Positions 29,143 through 45,929 of a stretch of 64,000 nucleotides of DNA are shown in pieces. Source of the stretch: Octopus vulgaris (lineage: Eukaryota). The notes under the pieces were generated by a model. It was not told where the DNA came from and did not search any database. It saw only the letters and a list, made by a program, of their open reading frames with translations. The stretch spans positions 682,001 through 746,000 of the forward strand of contig OX597835.1 in NCBI GenBank assembly GCA_951406725.2. The letters are read 5' to 3'. Both the position numbers and the translations under genes were made by a program. How positions within the stretch are numbered: position 1 is the first letter of the stretch; the number at the start of each line of letters is the position of its first letter.

Positions 29143-30690
29143 TTATACCCTCTCCCTAAATTTCAAGCATTGTGCCTACAGTAGAAAGGATTGTTGTTGT
29201 TGTTGTTGCTGCTGCTGCTGTTGCTGCTGTTGTTGTTAAGGCGACAAGCTGGCAGAATTGTTAGCAAGCCAGAAGAAATGCTTGGCAGCATTTCGTCTGC
29301 CATTACATTCTGAGTTCGATTTCTGCTGAGGTTGACTTTGCCTTTCATCCTTTTGGGGATGAAAGGCAAAGTTGAGCAGCGAATTCGATGTAATCAACTA
29401 GACCCACTCAACTAGATTATTATGAGAAAGGATGATTATAATAATAATAATAATGATTATTAATATTATTATTATCACGAGGACACATGGCCTAGTGGTT
29501 AGGGTGTTCCACCCATAGTTGCAAGATTGTGGTTTCAATTCCTAGACCAGGTGGTGTGTAGTGTGGTCTTGAGCAAAACACTTCATCTCACGTTGCTCTG
29601 TAGTCACTTTGACACCTGATGCGTGGTACACAGTGCATCTGTTCAGGCAATGTCAATTTGAAGGAGAGAGAGAGAGAGAGAGAGAGAGAGCTGATGTACA
29701 GCACATACATTTGATCACTTTAAACAAATCATTTATGCAGGTCGTTCTGCGAAAGCTGAACACTCATACATCGTCTTTGACGGGAGAGTCCGTCATTATT
29801 ACACAATTATCAGCCTGAACTTTTTCACTACTGCTCCCTTTATCTTACTCTCTAACTCACTCTCCTTTCTCTTCCAGCCAGGGTACCCATGTATCTTCTC
29901 TACAGCAAGACATCTATCCCTGTTCCTCTATATGTTTAACCACTCATCACCTCAATACTGCTCCCCCTTCCCAGCAGAGGGTTTTTGTCTTGTGAGTTAC
30001 TTGATGACCCTGTTGATGCTAGTGCCACCATAAAAAGTGCTGGTGCCGGTGCAATGTAAAAAAGCATTCAATACAATGAGTAAAGTGGTTGGCATCAGGA
30101 AGGACATCCAGCTGTAGAAACCAAGCCAAAACAGGCAATGGGGGTCTGTTGTAGCTCCTGGCCCTCACCAGCTCCTGTCAAAATGTCCAACTAATACCAG
30201 CATAGAAAACAAATGTTAAATGATGATGATGTGTGTGTGCGTACGTACATATATACATACAAGCACATATACATATATGTATACACTTAATGTTGCTTGA
30301 AGCAGCTTTGAATAAAATATATTTGTATAAACTCATGTTGAACACATTTGACTGTAATCAGACATGCTAAAACCTTTTGCTACAATAATAGTCAAGGGAG
30401 AAAATTCTTCACCTAGACATTTGTAAATAGATATTTTGTTTTGGGCTGTGAATGACAATATTAGATTGTAGGACACATGTTTCGGCATTGTTCAGCTTTG
30501 TCAGTTTTGAAAACTAACTTAGTTACTCACAGCCCTGTAAGTATAGTCAATGTATGCCGGTGTGTGAACTGTTGCACAAAGCAGCTTTGAATAAAATATG
30601 TTTGGGTAAAATTGTAGCCAAGCTAGAATTAATTCATTAATGCATCCTGCAGCATTGATTATTTAATTGTAGCTTGACCAAGTAATTTGC

Positions 30691-32441
<1,751 letters not shown>

Positions 32442-32606
32442 AAATGAGATAGGGGTTGAAAATTCAACCCACCATGGGATAATATATATCCAATATACTG
32501 CTAGATAGGTACCCAACAAAATTAATACATAGATGTTAAAAATTGTCAAACAATCAGTTCATCTATTGTATTATATGGGTAAAGGTAATAATATTACCGT
32601 AAATTA

Positions 32607-33284
32607 ATACTACAAAATTAGAGAATGGAGAAACATACTTAAATCAGTAAAACATCAACTATCCGATGATACTCAATCCATACTTTAATACACCATTACA
32701 TATGAGTAAAGGCAATATATAAAATGAAATGAGATATACAGTAATAGTAAAAAGATAAAGAGATATAAGTAAAAAATTTCAAATATAATATGCAAATAAA
32801 TCAAAACTGACAGCTGTTTCGGCAGTGAGGACAGTCATACCTCATTTAACCTATAAGCCATAAAGGCAGGTATAAATGAGGCATTAACAAGGATGCCCCA
32901 CGGCCTCTTCAGAGAATTAAATTAAATTTGTTATAATAGTGAAAAATATTATATAATCATATACATATAAATATAAAAATATAAAAATGTAAAATATAAA
33001 AACTTATACATCATAATGCTACACTTATATAATATAATACACATTTGTACAAAAAGGAAGGTAAACAGAACAAAATAAAACAAAATATATAACAGTGTAT
33101 ATATTAATATTAATAAGTACCGATATTATACATATTTGGCTAATAGTTTTTTTTTTGTTTTTTTTTTATATATAAAAAAAAAAAAAAAAAAAAAAGGCTA
33201 ACACATATGGAGATGAAAAATAATAATTAAATCCGTGGTACAGTTCATAAAATTCTAAAGCTATAAAAGTTAATAAAAATTACT

Positions 33285-33339
<55 letters not shown>

Positions 33340-35301
33340 TAATAAAAATAGATACAGTTAAGTTAGCACCAAGTCCATCCTTTCAAGATCGAAATAACTA
33401 TGAGTTAAGAAATGCTGACCACTAGGTAAAGAAAATTTAGATTAATTCGATTGGCTATTGGTTTGAAATTTAAATCACAAAAGAAAATTATACGGTTGGT
33501 TAGTCAGGGAACGCCAATATTCACACACGCATCTACAGATCAATCGCACATACACACATAGTTATATGTATATACATACACTTATACACATACATAATCA
33601 CAAGCAACAACTAGCACTTAGATAAACAAAAAGGGAAGCAACTATGCTAACATTTAGTCCTTCAAAATTATAACTGAGCCTCAATAACAAAAAAAGAACC
33701 ATCCATGCATTCTATAAAATATTTAATTTAGATATAAATATATTTTTAAATATCAGTATGTTACTAATTCAGATAATTATTTCATGGGTAACTTAAAATT
33801 TATAACACCGGTTTGTTGCAGAGTAAACATACGGTTGTTAGATTTATCGTAAGTTTGTTATGATTATAAGTACGCTAAATTATAAAATATAAATATAAAA
33901 TATATATTAATTTAAATATTATAAATAAGTCACTTATTAACTTAATAAATATAGTGCCATAATATACCAGTTTAGGCATTAAAGAATAGAAGGGGAAGTA
34001 TTAATGTAAACGCTTATGAGAACATCACAGAAATTTTAAATAAATTTTATATTATAAAGACTTAAGATGAAAAGAGATAAAATAAATAAAAAGGAATAAA
34101 TACGAAGGAATAAATACGGTTATACACATAATTATAAGTACAAACTAGTATATATGTATTCATATATTATTAAAATTAAATAAAAATAAATGATAGATAT
34201 GTATGTATAAAACTACACCAGTATAAGTAAATAAGTAAAAAATAAATAGGTAACAAATTAGATGACTTGATATGTATGTAAACATCTACACTTAAATAGG
34301 CAAATAAATAAATAAATAGAAGACTAGATGCAAAGATTGATAATATTACAATAAAATGGGAAATAAATAAAAATAAATAAAGTGAATATATATATTTTAT
34401 ATTGTTGAAAGTAAATATGTATGGAAGGATAGTTTAAAGTACAGATCCAGAGGACTATAGATATAAACTAAATATATGAGGCTGGTAATAATTATAAAGC
34501 AAAATGCATGTAAATGAGAAAATGAAAAAAAAAATGAAAAAGGTTTATCAGTGAATAGCATAAGATACAAATTAAGGTGAGTACAAAAAGACCAAATATA
34601 TAATAAAAACCTTCCAAATAAACACATACAAAAAACCTATAATCTCAACCTAAACCCACCAAACTCACAAAAGGCTCTCATATATTACATATTATACAAT
34701 ATCATTACATTATCCAGAGCTAGGTATCTAACCAAGATATACATATATACTATGCAATATACTATGCAATATTGGAAAACTTCAAAAATCACACATTACA
34801 AGGCAAATACCAAAATGAATATGTTATTTTATGTCATATTGCATTTCTCTTAAAAAAACAAACAAAAACCCACATACAAAAACCAAGAAACCAATAATAC
34901 TAGACACATCCATTAATTATTATACAAATGTAGCTATAAAAATTATAAAATTATGAAATTTATAAATTGTATACTTTAGAATTATAGAAGACCACAGGTA
35001 TATTTAGTTAAAGAAGGGAATTAAAAAATTAATAATAGTGGAAGTGCTAAGTTCTATTTGAATCTAGAAAAGGTGAACGGTAGCCTATGAATACAAAAGA
35101 AGTTTTTTCATTAATGTTGTTAATAATTTGCCGACCCGCTTTAATAATGAAGAAAATTTCATTAATACATAGAGAGCATTTTTATTTTTTCCATTATACA
35201 CAGGTGCTGAAGTTAGTATTTTCCAGTTTAATCTAAAATCTAAGTTCTTACTTTTAAGTTCCCAAATGTATGCACTTAGCCCTGTAGAGTACATTCTATT
35301 T
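32607..35301 (-). repeat. Left arm of the PLE inverted repeat
   Basis: Reverse complement of 37217-39899 with only scattered substitutions and homopolymer/microsatellite length differences. Confidence 0.95.
32803..32918 (-). ncRNA. Putative hammerhead ribozyme (left arm, sense to the PLE ORF and to the cadherin pre-mRNA)
   Basis: Reverse complement of the 39588-39703 motif. Confidence 0.7.
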
Positions 35302-37216
35302 TTATTCCTAAAAGTATATCTGTGATAATTCCATCTTTGTTTTATGCTATTCATAGTTGCCCCGATATACACCCTACTACTCAATTGTGTATCTACAGTG
35401 CATTGGTAAACTACCTCCTTCCTGAGGCATTGATTACCAAATACACATTTATTTTTATTTCTGCAATTACAAAGATTAACAGAATGAGGAAATCTAAGAT
35501 TGGACACCACCCCTATACTACTATTCACATTATAAGTGTTACAATTGTTATCATCATCCAAACCCAAAATCAACGAATGAGTTAATTTCACATTATCGGC
35601 TATATTCCTATCACTAGTACTAGTATTGGTAGTAGTAGTATGATCTATTACATTTATATTATCTCTGACAGGTATGGTGCACTCATTATTAGTAAGGAGG
35701 TTGTTCCCATTTGTTCCAAGAAAATTTCTATTCCTATTATTAATGAAGAGGGGCAAGTTTTCCTGGTCTAAATTCAATTTTCTATCCTTATAGAAGTGAT
35801 CCAGTTTCTTGTTATTAAAAGAGGAGATAATGGTGGCTAGATTATGAGTAATGCTATATCCCACTCTAACAGTACCGTTGTTAATTAAAGGACTAAATTT
35901 ATTCCTATCCTTACCAAAATGCCTAAAAATAACATTATGCAAAGCTCTCACTATGTTTGTTTTAATCTGCATTGCATACGGGATAATCAACCAAAGAGTA
36001 TCCTTATCAGAATTAGGATTGCCTATAGAATTAATGTTATTTGTAAAAATCCTATTCGTAGACCAACTCATAGGATTACTATTCTTACCACTGTCATTGT
36101 TATATCTATCTATATCAATATTACCATGGTTATTGCGCAAGTAAACTTTGCCATTATCATGTCTACCATAAGTTTTAATTCGTATATTATTATTAATATT
36201 ACTACTATTACCCGTATGTCTAGATCTATTTGAGCTACCGTTCACCTTTCCAAGGTTAACGTCACTTCTACATTTATTATAGGTGTTATCATATATTCTA
36301 TTTTTACTATTCTTATGTATATTGTTGATTATCCTAAATCTATTTGTATTGTTCCTGATAGTTCTACCTCCATTAGGGGGTTCCCCTTAGGTATAAACCA
36401 AATCTTACTTTTATATCCTGCCTTAAGTAATGCTGCATTGTATCTATCACAGTGTTTGTTAAAAATTTCCTCGTTTGAGGATAAACTAGAAATTCTCTGA
36501 CTAATGCTACGCACTAGTGCATTTTTAATTTGAGGGGGTGATTACTAGAACGGTTAATGTATATTAGGTTAGAATTAGGTTTAATATAGGGTTCATGTAA
36601 ACCATTAGTAATGTTACAATTAACATCTAAATAATTAGCAGAATAATTTTCACTTTCAATGATAATGGATAGGCCGAAGCTTTTAAAAAATTTATTTATT
36701 CTTTTTTTCAGAAGATCTAATCTCCTATTTGATGTATTCCTAACACAAAATAAGGCGTCATCCCTGTATAATCCACCTTTTAATTCAGGGAATTCCCTAC
36801 TAAAGTTATCTAATAGATACATCCCAACTAGATCAGTCACCTCCGCTGAGTCCGGCGATCCCATTGTGATATCGAACAAGTTGGGTGTGTCCTTTCTAGC
36901 CCAAAGTTTATTATCAAACTCTATTAAAGTTTTCCTGGCTGTTAGTATAACCTTAATCTCCCCCATACTTAATTTAGTGTGTTTTCTAGCAAAAATTAAG
37001 GACTTATTTAATATAATAGGGTTAATTGAAGTGTAATAATTCTGTATATCGAATTGTATAAATTTATTTCTATTATAGCTAAAGTTGTTACTGTCACAGA
37101 CCTTAATGGCAGAAAACCAATCCAAAGCACCCTGAGTATTCTTCCAAAGGTTTAGTTTGATTTTATTGCGGATGGTGGGTAGATATTTATCTAGAATGAG
37201 TTTACTTATTCTGCCT
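35050..37216 (-). pseudogene. PLE polyprotein remnant: reverse transcriptase + thumb + GIY-YIG endonuclease, frameshifted
   Basis: FIQFDIQNYYTSI, FDITMGSPDSAEVTDLVG, GLYRDDAL, NYLDV, YINRSSNHP; CNCRxxxxCxxxxxCL-VVYQ…YIGAT…QRWNYH; shifted frame gives CSLCINE…CIH; frameshifts near 36520, 36385 and 35180. Confidence 0.9.
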
Positions 37217-39174
37217 AAATAGAATGTACTCTACAGGGCTAAGTGCATACATTTGGGAACTTAAAAGTAAGAACTTAGATTTTAGATTAAACTGGAAAAT
37301 ACTAACTTCAGCACCTGTGTATAATGGAAAAAATAAAAATGCTCTCTATGTATTAATGAAATTTTCTTCATTATTAAAGCGGGTCGGCAAATTATTAACA
37401 ACATTAATGAAAAAAACTTCTTTTGTATTCATAGGCTACCGTTCACCTTTTCTAGATTCAAATAGAACTTAGCACTTCCACTATTATTAATTTTTTAATT
37501 CCCTTCTTTAACTAAATATACCTGTGGTCTTCTATAATTCTAAAGTATACAATTTATAAATTTTATAATTTTATAATTTTTATAGCTACATTTGTATAAT
37601 AATTAATGGATGTGTCTAGTATTATTGGTTTCTTGGTTTTTGTATGTGGGTTTTTGTTTGTTTTTTTAAGAGAAATGCAATATGACATAAAATAACATAT
37701 TCATTTTGGTATTTGCCTTGTAATGTGTGATTTTTGAAGTTTTCCAATATTGCATAGTATATTGCATAGTATATATATATATCTTGGTTAGATACCTAGC
37801 TCTGGATAATGTAATGATATTGTATAATATGTAATATATGAGAGCCTTTTGTGAGTTTGGTGGGTTTAGGTTGAGATTATAGGTTTTTTGTATGTGTTTA
37901 TTTGGAAGGTTTTTATTATATATTTGGTCTTTTTGTACTCACCTTAATTTGTATCTTATGCTATTCACTGATAAACCTTTTTCATTTTTTTCATTTTCTC
38001 ATTTACATGCATTTTGCTTTATAATTATTACCAGCCTCATATATTTAGTTTATATCTATAGTCCTCTGGATCTGTACTTTAAACTATCCTTCCATACATA
38101 TTTACTTTCAACAATATAACATATATATTCACTTTATTTATTTTTATTTATTTCCATTTTATTGTAATATTATCAATCTTTGCATCTAGTCTTCTATTTA
38201 TTTATTTATTTGCCTATTTAAGTGTAGATGTTTACATACATATCAAGTCATCTAATTTGTTACCTATTTATTTTTTACTTATTTACTTATACTGGTGTAG
38301 TTTTATACATACATATCTATCATTTATTTTTATTTAATTTTAATAATATATGAATACATATATACTAGTTTGTACTTATAATTATGTGTATAACCGTATT
38401 TATTCCTTCGTATTTATTCCTTTTTATTTATTTTATCTCTTTTCATCTTAAGTCTTTATAATATAAAATTTATTTAAAATTTCTGTGATGTTCTCATAAG
38501 CGTTTACATTAATACTTCCCCTTCTATTCTTTAATGCCTAAACTGGTATATTATGGCACTATATTTATTAAGTTAATAAGTGACTTATTTATAATATTTA
38601 AATTAATATATATTTTATATTTTATATTTTATAATTTAGCGTACTTAAAATCATAACAAACTTACGATAAACCTAACAACCGTATGTTTACTCTGCAACA
38701 AACCGGTGTTATAAATTTTAAGTTACCCATGAAATAATTATCTGAATTAGTAACATACTGATATTTAAAAATATATTTATATCTAAATTAAATATTTTAT
38801 AGAATGCATGGATGGTTCTTTTTTTGTTATTGAGGCTCAGTTATAATTTTGAAGGACTAAATGTTAGCATAGTTGCTTCCCTTTTTGTTTATCTAAGTGC
38901 TAGTTGTTGCTTGTGATTATGTATGTGTATAAGTGTATGTATATACATATAACTATGTGTGTATGTGCGATTGATCTGTAGATGCGTGTGTGAATATTGG
39001 CGTTCCCTGACTAACCAACCGTATAATTTTCTTTTGTGATTTAAATTTCAAACCAATAGCCAATCGAATTAATCTAAATTTTCTTTACCTAGTGGTCAGC
39101 ATTTCTTAACTCATAGTTATTTCGATCTTGAAAGGATGGACTTGGTGCTAACTTAACTGTATCTATTTTTATTA

Positions 39175-39226
<52 letters not shown>

Positions 39227-39899
39227 AGTAATTTTTATTAACTTTTATAGCTTTAGAATTTTATGAACTGTACCACGGATTTAATTATTATTTTTCATCT
39301 CCATATGTGTTAGCCTTTTTTTTTTTTTTTTTTTTTATATATAAAAAAAAAAAAAAAAAACTATTAGCCAAATATGTATAATATCGGTACTTATTAATAT
39401 TAATATATACACTGTTATATATTTTGTTTTATTTTGTTCTGTTTACCTTCCTTTTTTGTACAAATGTGTATTATTATATAAGTGTAGCATTATGATGTAT
39501 AAGTTTTTATATTTTACATTTTTATATTTTTATATTTATATGTATATGATTATATAATATTTTTCACTATTATAACAAATTTAATTTAATTCTCTGAAGA
39601 GGCCGTGGGGCATCCTTGTTAATGCCTCATTTATACCTGCCTTTATGGCTTATAGGTTAAATGAGGTATGACTGTCCTCACTGCCGAAACAGCTGTCAGT
39701 TTTGATTTATTTGCATATTATATTTGAAATTTTTTACTTATATCTCTTTATCTTTTTACTATTACTGTATATCTCATTTCATTTTATATATTGCCTTTAC
39801 TCATATGTAATGGTGTATTAAAGTATGGATTGAGTATCATCGGATAGTTGATGTTTTACTGATTTAAGTATGTTTCTCCATTCTCTAATTTTGTAGTAT
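37217..39899 (+). repeat. Right arm of the PLE inverted repeat (inverted pLTR)
   Basis: Duplicated peptides in the ORF track (37224..37472 vs end of 35085..36245; 37892..38119 vs 34397..34627). Confidence 0.95.
39588..39703 (+). ncRNA. Putative type I hammerhead ribozyme with extended stem II (right arm)
   Basis: CTGAAGA 39594-39600, long stem II, GAAA 39686-39689, palindromic stem III ACAGCTGT, GTC triplet 39695-39697; stem I weak. Confidence 0.7.
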
Positions 39900-41191
<1,292 letters not shown>

Positions 41192-41193
<2 letters not shown>

Positions 41194-41540
41194 CACACAC
41201 CATTCGAGCGTGATCGTTACCTGCGTCGCCTTACGAGCACTTGTGCTGGTGGCACGTGAAACATTCAAGCGAGGTCGTCACCAGTGCCGCTGGATTGGCT
41301 CCTGTGCAGGTGGCACATAAAAAGCACCATTTGGGTGTGGCCATTGCCAGTACCACCAAACTGGCCCTCGTGCTGGTGGCATGTAAAAGCACCCACTACA
41401 CTCTCAGAGTGGTTGGCGTTAGGAAGGACATCCAGCTGTAGAAACTCTGCCAGATCAGATTGGAGTCGGGTTCGCCAGACCTTAGTCAAATCGTCCCACC
41501 CATGCTAGCATGGAAAGAGGACGTTAAATGATGATGATGA
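41192..41540 (+). mobile_element. RTE 3'-end-only copy inserted in (TA)n
   Basis: Same 3' UTR, palindrome and (GAT)n tail. Confidence 0.85.
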
Positions 41541-41549
41541 TATATATAT

Positions 41550-41770
41550 GTACGTGTGTGTATATGTTTGTGTGTCTGTGTTTGTCCCCCCAACATCGCT
41601 TGGTAACCGATGTTGGTGTGTTTACGTCCCTGTAACTTAGTGGTTCAGCAAAAGAGACAGATAGAATAAGTACTAGGCTTACAAAGAATAAGTCCTGGGG
41701 TTGTTGCGCTTGACTAAAAGCGGTGCTCCAGCATGGCCACAGTCAAACGACTGAAACAAGTAAAAGAGTA
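41550..41770 (+). mobile_element. SINE family A, 3' half
   Basis: tgtgtctgtgtttgtcccccc…actgaaacaagtaaaagagta with no adjacent head. Confidence 0.85.
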
Positions 41771-42857
41771 CATCAGTAAACATTCTGACTGTTCTTTTCA
41801 TAAATACAGCTCCATATTTACTGGGCTATGAGCGACTGAGTTAGTTTCCGTAGCAGATGAAGCAGAATGATGGAGAAACATAGGATGTGGGATACGAAAG
41901 TGAAAGTAATCCCTACAATAATTGGAACACTAAATATGATAAAAAGAAAAAAGATATGAATGAAAGCATAACACCATTCCAGGCTCACGATTTTACACAG
42001 AGTCTAAAACTGACCACCACTAGACATCCACATCATAGGTAAGACTTTCATTTCCATAGTGCAACTCAAACTGGACTCTCTCCACAAACAGTACAAGTCC
42101 CTATCCGATCACTACTTGATAAAATGTCACAGCTGACACAACACAACCAGCAAAACACCGACTCTGCCCAGTCACCACTCGCTGCTACACTTTTTCTGAA
42201 CACTGTGAAAACCAACTCACACAACTGACATCCTACATTACAATCACTCAATCCGATGACACAACAAACTTTGCTCAACAAATTAGAAGAAACACTAAAC
42301 TAACAACAGAAACAATAAAACAAATCCCACAATGAAGCGAAACACATCAACACAATTCTACGTCCGCACGAGACAAAATTGCACACAAATCGGGAAGAGA
42401 GAGGTGCACTTAGTGGTGCAGAAGGATTTTGCATAATAACAATATAAGAAAGATGATGATGATGATAATGATGATGCAAATGAAGAGAAGGAGGAAAGGG
42501 GATGCAGGAAAACAAAAAAGATGGGAAGAAGAAGAAGAAGAAGAAGAAGGACTTGTTAGACTCTTACAGTCTAACAAATGATTAAATGAGTGTTAAGGCC
42601 ACTCTTCCTGATGAAGAGGATTGGCCTGCAAGACTCCTGTGCCAGTGCCACATTAAAAGCACTCATGTGGTGTTGTGTAAAAACACTTCTGCGGCACCAT
42701 GTTAAAAGCACTCAGCCCACACTGTAAAATGGATGGCATTAGGAAGGGCATCCAGCCAGAGAAACTGCCAAATCAGACTGGAATCTGGAGCAGCTTGCCA
42801 GTTCTGGTAAAACTGTCAAACCATCCAACCCATGACAGCATGGATAATGGATGGTAA

Positions 42858-42893
<36 letters not shown>

Positions 42894-42911
42894 GGATTGT
42901 TACTGACGAAC

Positions 42912-43000
42912 CTGATAATTTCTTGTCTATTTTCTTGGACTTTATCATCAGTTGCATTTACAGTGAGAATTAAGCTAAACTCATCACTGTAGATTGCCAT
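42912..43000 (-). CDS. Cadherin exon, start of membrane-adjacent (MAD/SEA-like) domain (MAIYSDEFSLILTVNATDDKVQENRQEII)
   Basis: Strong pyrimidine tract + CAG, GT donor; phase 0/2 joins the exon at 28302. Confidence 0.82.
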
Positions 43001-43610
43001 CTGTGAAGAGAAAGAAAAGGTAAATAGTAGAATCAGCCAAACCGTAAGCTTTGTGGGAGCCTCTATGGGGTTGCTCAACATGTTAGAAGTAGCAGCTAAA
43101 TTTCCTTCAAATCACATCCTCCTTACTGTCTTACAGAAGGAAGGACACACTAGGCATTTAGGCAGCAGGCCTAATGCTCTCCTTAATCTAAAGTAATCAC
43201 ATGATCCTTGATTGCCTTTAGCTGCTCAGTTCCCTCAGCTGCAAGCATAACCCTACTTCCTTATTTACATGTTTAGAAGCCATTTAAGAAACACACAAAA
43301 ACCGTTAGATTCACTTCAACATTTAAATTTAATCTGTCAAAATATTTTCGTTGCTTGGAGACTGCAATCTGTTCACTGACAAAACTTCTTGCAGCACAAA
43401 GTTTTGTCAGTGTGCCAAAAAATTTTAAATCAATATTACCAGAACCCTATTGATACTACTCTTATTAAATAATAAAAAAATAAACATGTATTATTATTAT
43501 GAATGAAAGTCTTTCATCACGCATATAAAACCTGATTATTCATACCTTGTTCTATTGTAACATTGTTTTGGTTCCAATATACAACTCATGACAGAATTTC
43601 TTGCCAAGTA

Positions 43611-44131
43611 CCATTAATCCTTGAGTATTGTCCGCCCTTGAGTATAACATGCAGGGGATTTTTAGGGGGATGTACCTCTGAAAAACCTAAACCTTGTGTA
43701 TAATACGCACCCCTTCTCTAACTTGAGTTGTGCATAATTAAGCCAGCAGCACCTAGTCGAACAAACACTTCCGTGCATGCGTAATACAATAATGGTGATG
43801 TTCTTAACTGTTATATGGGAATGTAAATATGTTTGCAAATTGTTTTTGTTACATGTTATTCTGTGTTCTGAATACTTTTATTTTAATAAATGTTGCTTAC
43901 TGCAAGTTATGGATGATTCTTTTATGACTTCATTGCTTTCAGGCTTAGCTTAAGGTATTTTCACGCCCGACATCACAAAATGTGTCTGAATAAACATTGC
44001 CGGACAGCAAATAGAGACTCGGACATTGCTTAGAAAATAATTTTCAGTTTTAACCTCGTATATAGTACACACTAGGGATTTTGACCTTTAAATTTTGGGA
44101 AAAAATGCGAATTATACTCAAGGATTTACGG
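43611..44131. mobile_element. pogo/Tigger-type MITE
   Basis: TIRs CCATTAATCCTTGAGTAT / ATACTCAAGGATTTACGG, TA flanks. Confidence 0.75.
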
Positions 44132-45725
44132 TACATAAATAGACATTATTGTCTTCAAGCATAAAATATCAATCTGCTCAATTCTACTTTTATTAAATTG
44201 TATTAATTTTGAAATAAAATGTTTTGATAAAAATTTTCTTATAAGAGAAGATAATATTTAGTAGAGAAACTTTTATCTTTTGCTTAGTTTTAAATAGCTG
44301 CAGCAGTCATTTCCTTTTATGTTGGTTGCTGTTGAGACCCCTGGTATCCTCAGTCCTTACCAATGCTGATCTTCTCATCCAAACCAGGATGAGGGCATTA
44401 CACTTTAGGAAGGGATCCCCACAATGGGGAATGGCTAATGTAGTGGATATCACAGGCAACTCTTCATGTGGATACTTTACCAAGTTGCTTGGGTATGGGG
44501 AATATTTTTGTTTTATTTTATTGTCTAAATGTATTTTATGCTTTGAATTGTATCTTTATTTTACACAAATAATTACAGTATTTCTATTCCAATATATAAA
44601 AACGTTTAAGTTATTTTACTATATCCCCAGTCAAAATCTTGATTGCTTTGAAAATAATTAAGAGAACAATGATACATTGTCAACTAAAGTCGTGTGTTCC
44701 TGTGCTTTTGAGTTCGGAGGTTTAAAGGCAGAAAGAAACATAACTCATGGCAACAAAAAATAATGGATCTCTTTTTCAGACCAGAGACCTTGTATAAATG
44801 CTTATAAATGATTGGATGCTGTTAAAAGCACCCAAGACCCAATTAGTCATTGTATTAAAACTGTTTCACTAGATAATCCCTTATTGTTAGAAATAGTGTC
44901 AAAAAATTGTCAGTTAAATTGTAAAATATATAATTAGATATAACATTTGTTAAGTTGTACTTTAGTTGGTTTTAAACCTCAAAGGCTGAAAAACAACCAA
45001 ACTCAACCTGGTACAATGAGGGTGATATTTGGTAGAACTAGTCAGATGGAAATATCCTTCCAGTTCACAAAGGAAGTCGTTTCTTAGTTCTAGCACATCT
45101 CCATTTTCACATGAGTGTACTAAGAAGTCAGCCTGACTCTTCTATATCAACATATTAAATGTTAAAGTAGTAAATTGGCTGAATTCTTGTGGCATTTGTT
45201 CCAGACCTTTAGAAATCTTTGTTCAAACCCTGCCAAAATAAACTTTGCATTCCATTCCTCTAGGATCGATAAAACAAAGGGCCATTCAAGTGTGTTGGAT
45301 TAGTGGAACTGTTACAATGTTAGACCAAATGAATTGCAGCAATTGTTTTTTGACTTTTCACAATCTCAGTACTTATGTAGGTGTAGGAAACTTGTCTGTA
45401 GCTAGTTGACAAGATGATATATTCTAAAGAATACCTGAAGAAAGGTCACAGGAAATCACCTTTGTATAGTATTCCATGCAAATTCCATGTCAAGCACATA
45501 GCACTTATTAAGGAAGTGGCCAGAGGAATATGTGATAATGAGATGACACTTTTAGAAGAAAGCAAAATGTTGCTGTTCTTTCTCTTTACGTTGCAAAGTC
45601 TTAAGAATTACTTTGAAAATTAAGGGAGGAAAATAACTTTAGCCAAAGAAAAAAAAAACAATGTTAGAATTAATAAAATAAATATAACAAAATATAAAAA
45701 CTAAGAATTAACTATATTGACTTAC

Positions 45726-45929
45726 CATTACAATGACTGTATCATTTTTAGTAGACTCTGCTTTGTCGACAGCTACTACAGTAACCGTATACTCTTTTTG
45801 TGTAACAGCTGCTGGGACAAACAGATTATGGAGATTGCCGGTTGAAGGGTTCATGTAGAATTGATCCTTATCTTTACCTGTTAAACTATAGACTGAAACC
45901 GAATTCTCCCCAGCATCTTTATCTTCAGC
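45726..45929 (-). CDS. Cadherin exon, last EC repeat (AEDKDAGENS…FYMNPSTG…YTVTVVAVDKAESTKNDTVIVM)
   Basis: TAG/GTAAG sites; AxDxDxGxN and AxD motifs; 204-nt open frame absent from the ORF track. Confidence 0.93.

Noticed and set aside
34397-34627. Duplicated hydrophobic 75-76 aa ORF (also 37892-38119)
   Set aside because: Chance ORF in T-rich pLTR sequence, duplicated only because it lies in the inverted arms
35050-37216. Selenoprotein recoding as described for some Naiad elements
   Set aside because: I saw no in-frame TGA at conserved positions; the interruptions are frameshifts in homopolymer runs, and no SECIS could be supported by eye
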